DNA of 64,000 nt from Botryllus schlosseri (Eukaryota): contig CM119371.1 of the NCBI GenBank assembly GCA_051294905.1, positions 1,242,001 to 1,306,000 of the forward strand, given 5' to 3'. Every line of letters begins with the position of its first letter. Within the stretch, counting starts at the first letter, position 1. Of this stretch, positions 63,571 through 64,000 are shown one piece after another. A program made the translations under genes and the position numbers. Below the pieces are notes generated by a model. The model was given only the letters and a program-made list of their open reading frames with translations. It made no database searches and was not told the origin of the DNA.

Positions 63571-64000
63571 TATTTCATAAGATGCTATTATATATGCAAC
63601 AACCACATCTGCTGATTTATCTTAATTGAACAGCAGGCCTGAATTTTAATGCTGTGCACAGCAATGGCATATAGAGTAAGTGCGTTCTAGTGCAACTATG
63701 ATGTTATTGACAACTGACAAGTATGATGTCACAAGCCAGCACGGCGGCACCTATGTCTTTGTTGCTACATCGGATGTTACTGACGGCTGACAGACTCTAA
63801 ATTACTATATAGATAACTAACTTAGGGGTAGATTAGTAATCTATATAGACTAAGAATGGCGAACCTTTTCGGCTAAAGGGGCACATGCAATTGACGAACG
63901 AGTGCGCAGTCCACTAGCCGCGCCAAGCGGGTAAAAGTATTCAACGTTTATGAATAAACTAGGTCAATAATATTATTACTTGAGTATATTGCGGGTCAAC

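Overview
Eukaryotic, AT-rich, transposon-dense animal DNA. It looks invertebrate and possibly tunicate-like, but that is inference and the species cannot be fixed from the sequence. The main gene is a minus-strand, multi-exon NLR (NACHT-LRR) immune receptor. It has a 1443-bp NACHT exon (21095-19653) followed by a phase-compatible chain of GT-AG exons (17922-17621, 12373-12269, 9748-9650, 9144-8989, 7245-7162, 7028-6861, 4200-4011) encoding a short, degenerate LRR region. The dominant structure is an apparently identical head-to-tail duplication of 20,944 bp (18963-39906 = 39916-60859, offset 20,953). The two copies are joined by a 9-bp locally templated insertion (ACACGGCCA). The duplication copies the NACHT exon, which is symmetric in phase 1, but none of the LRR exons, so it could yield an LRR-less NACHT or an in-frame NACHT-NACHT-LRR product. 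Each copy also carries an intact single-ORF APE-RT non-LTR retrotransposon (RTE-like). Many non-autonomous hAT elements and MITEs with 8-bp target-site duplications are present, some nested three deep. No prokaryotic features, rRNA, tRNA or CRISPR arrays were found. The N-terminal effector exons and the last exon of the NLR could not be fixed.
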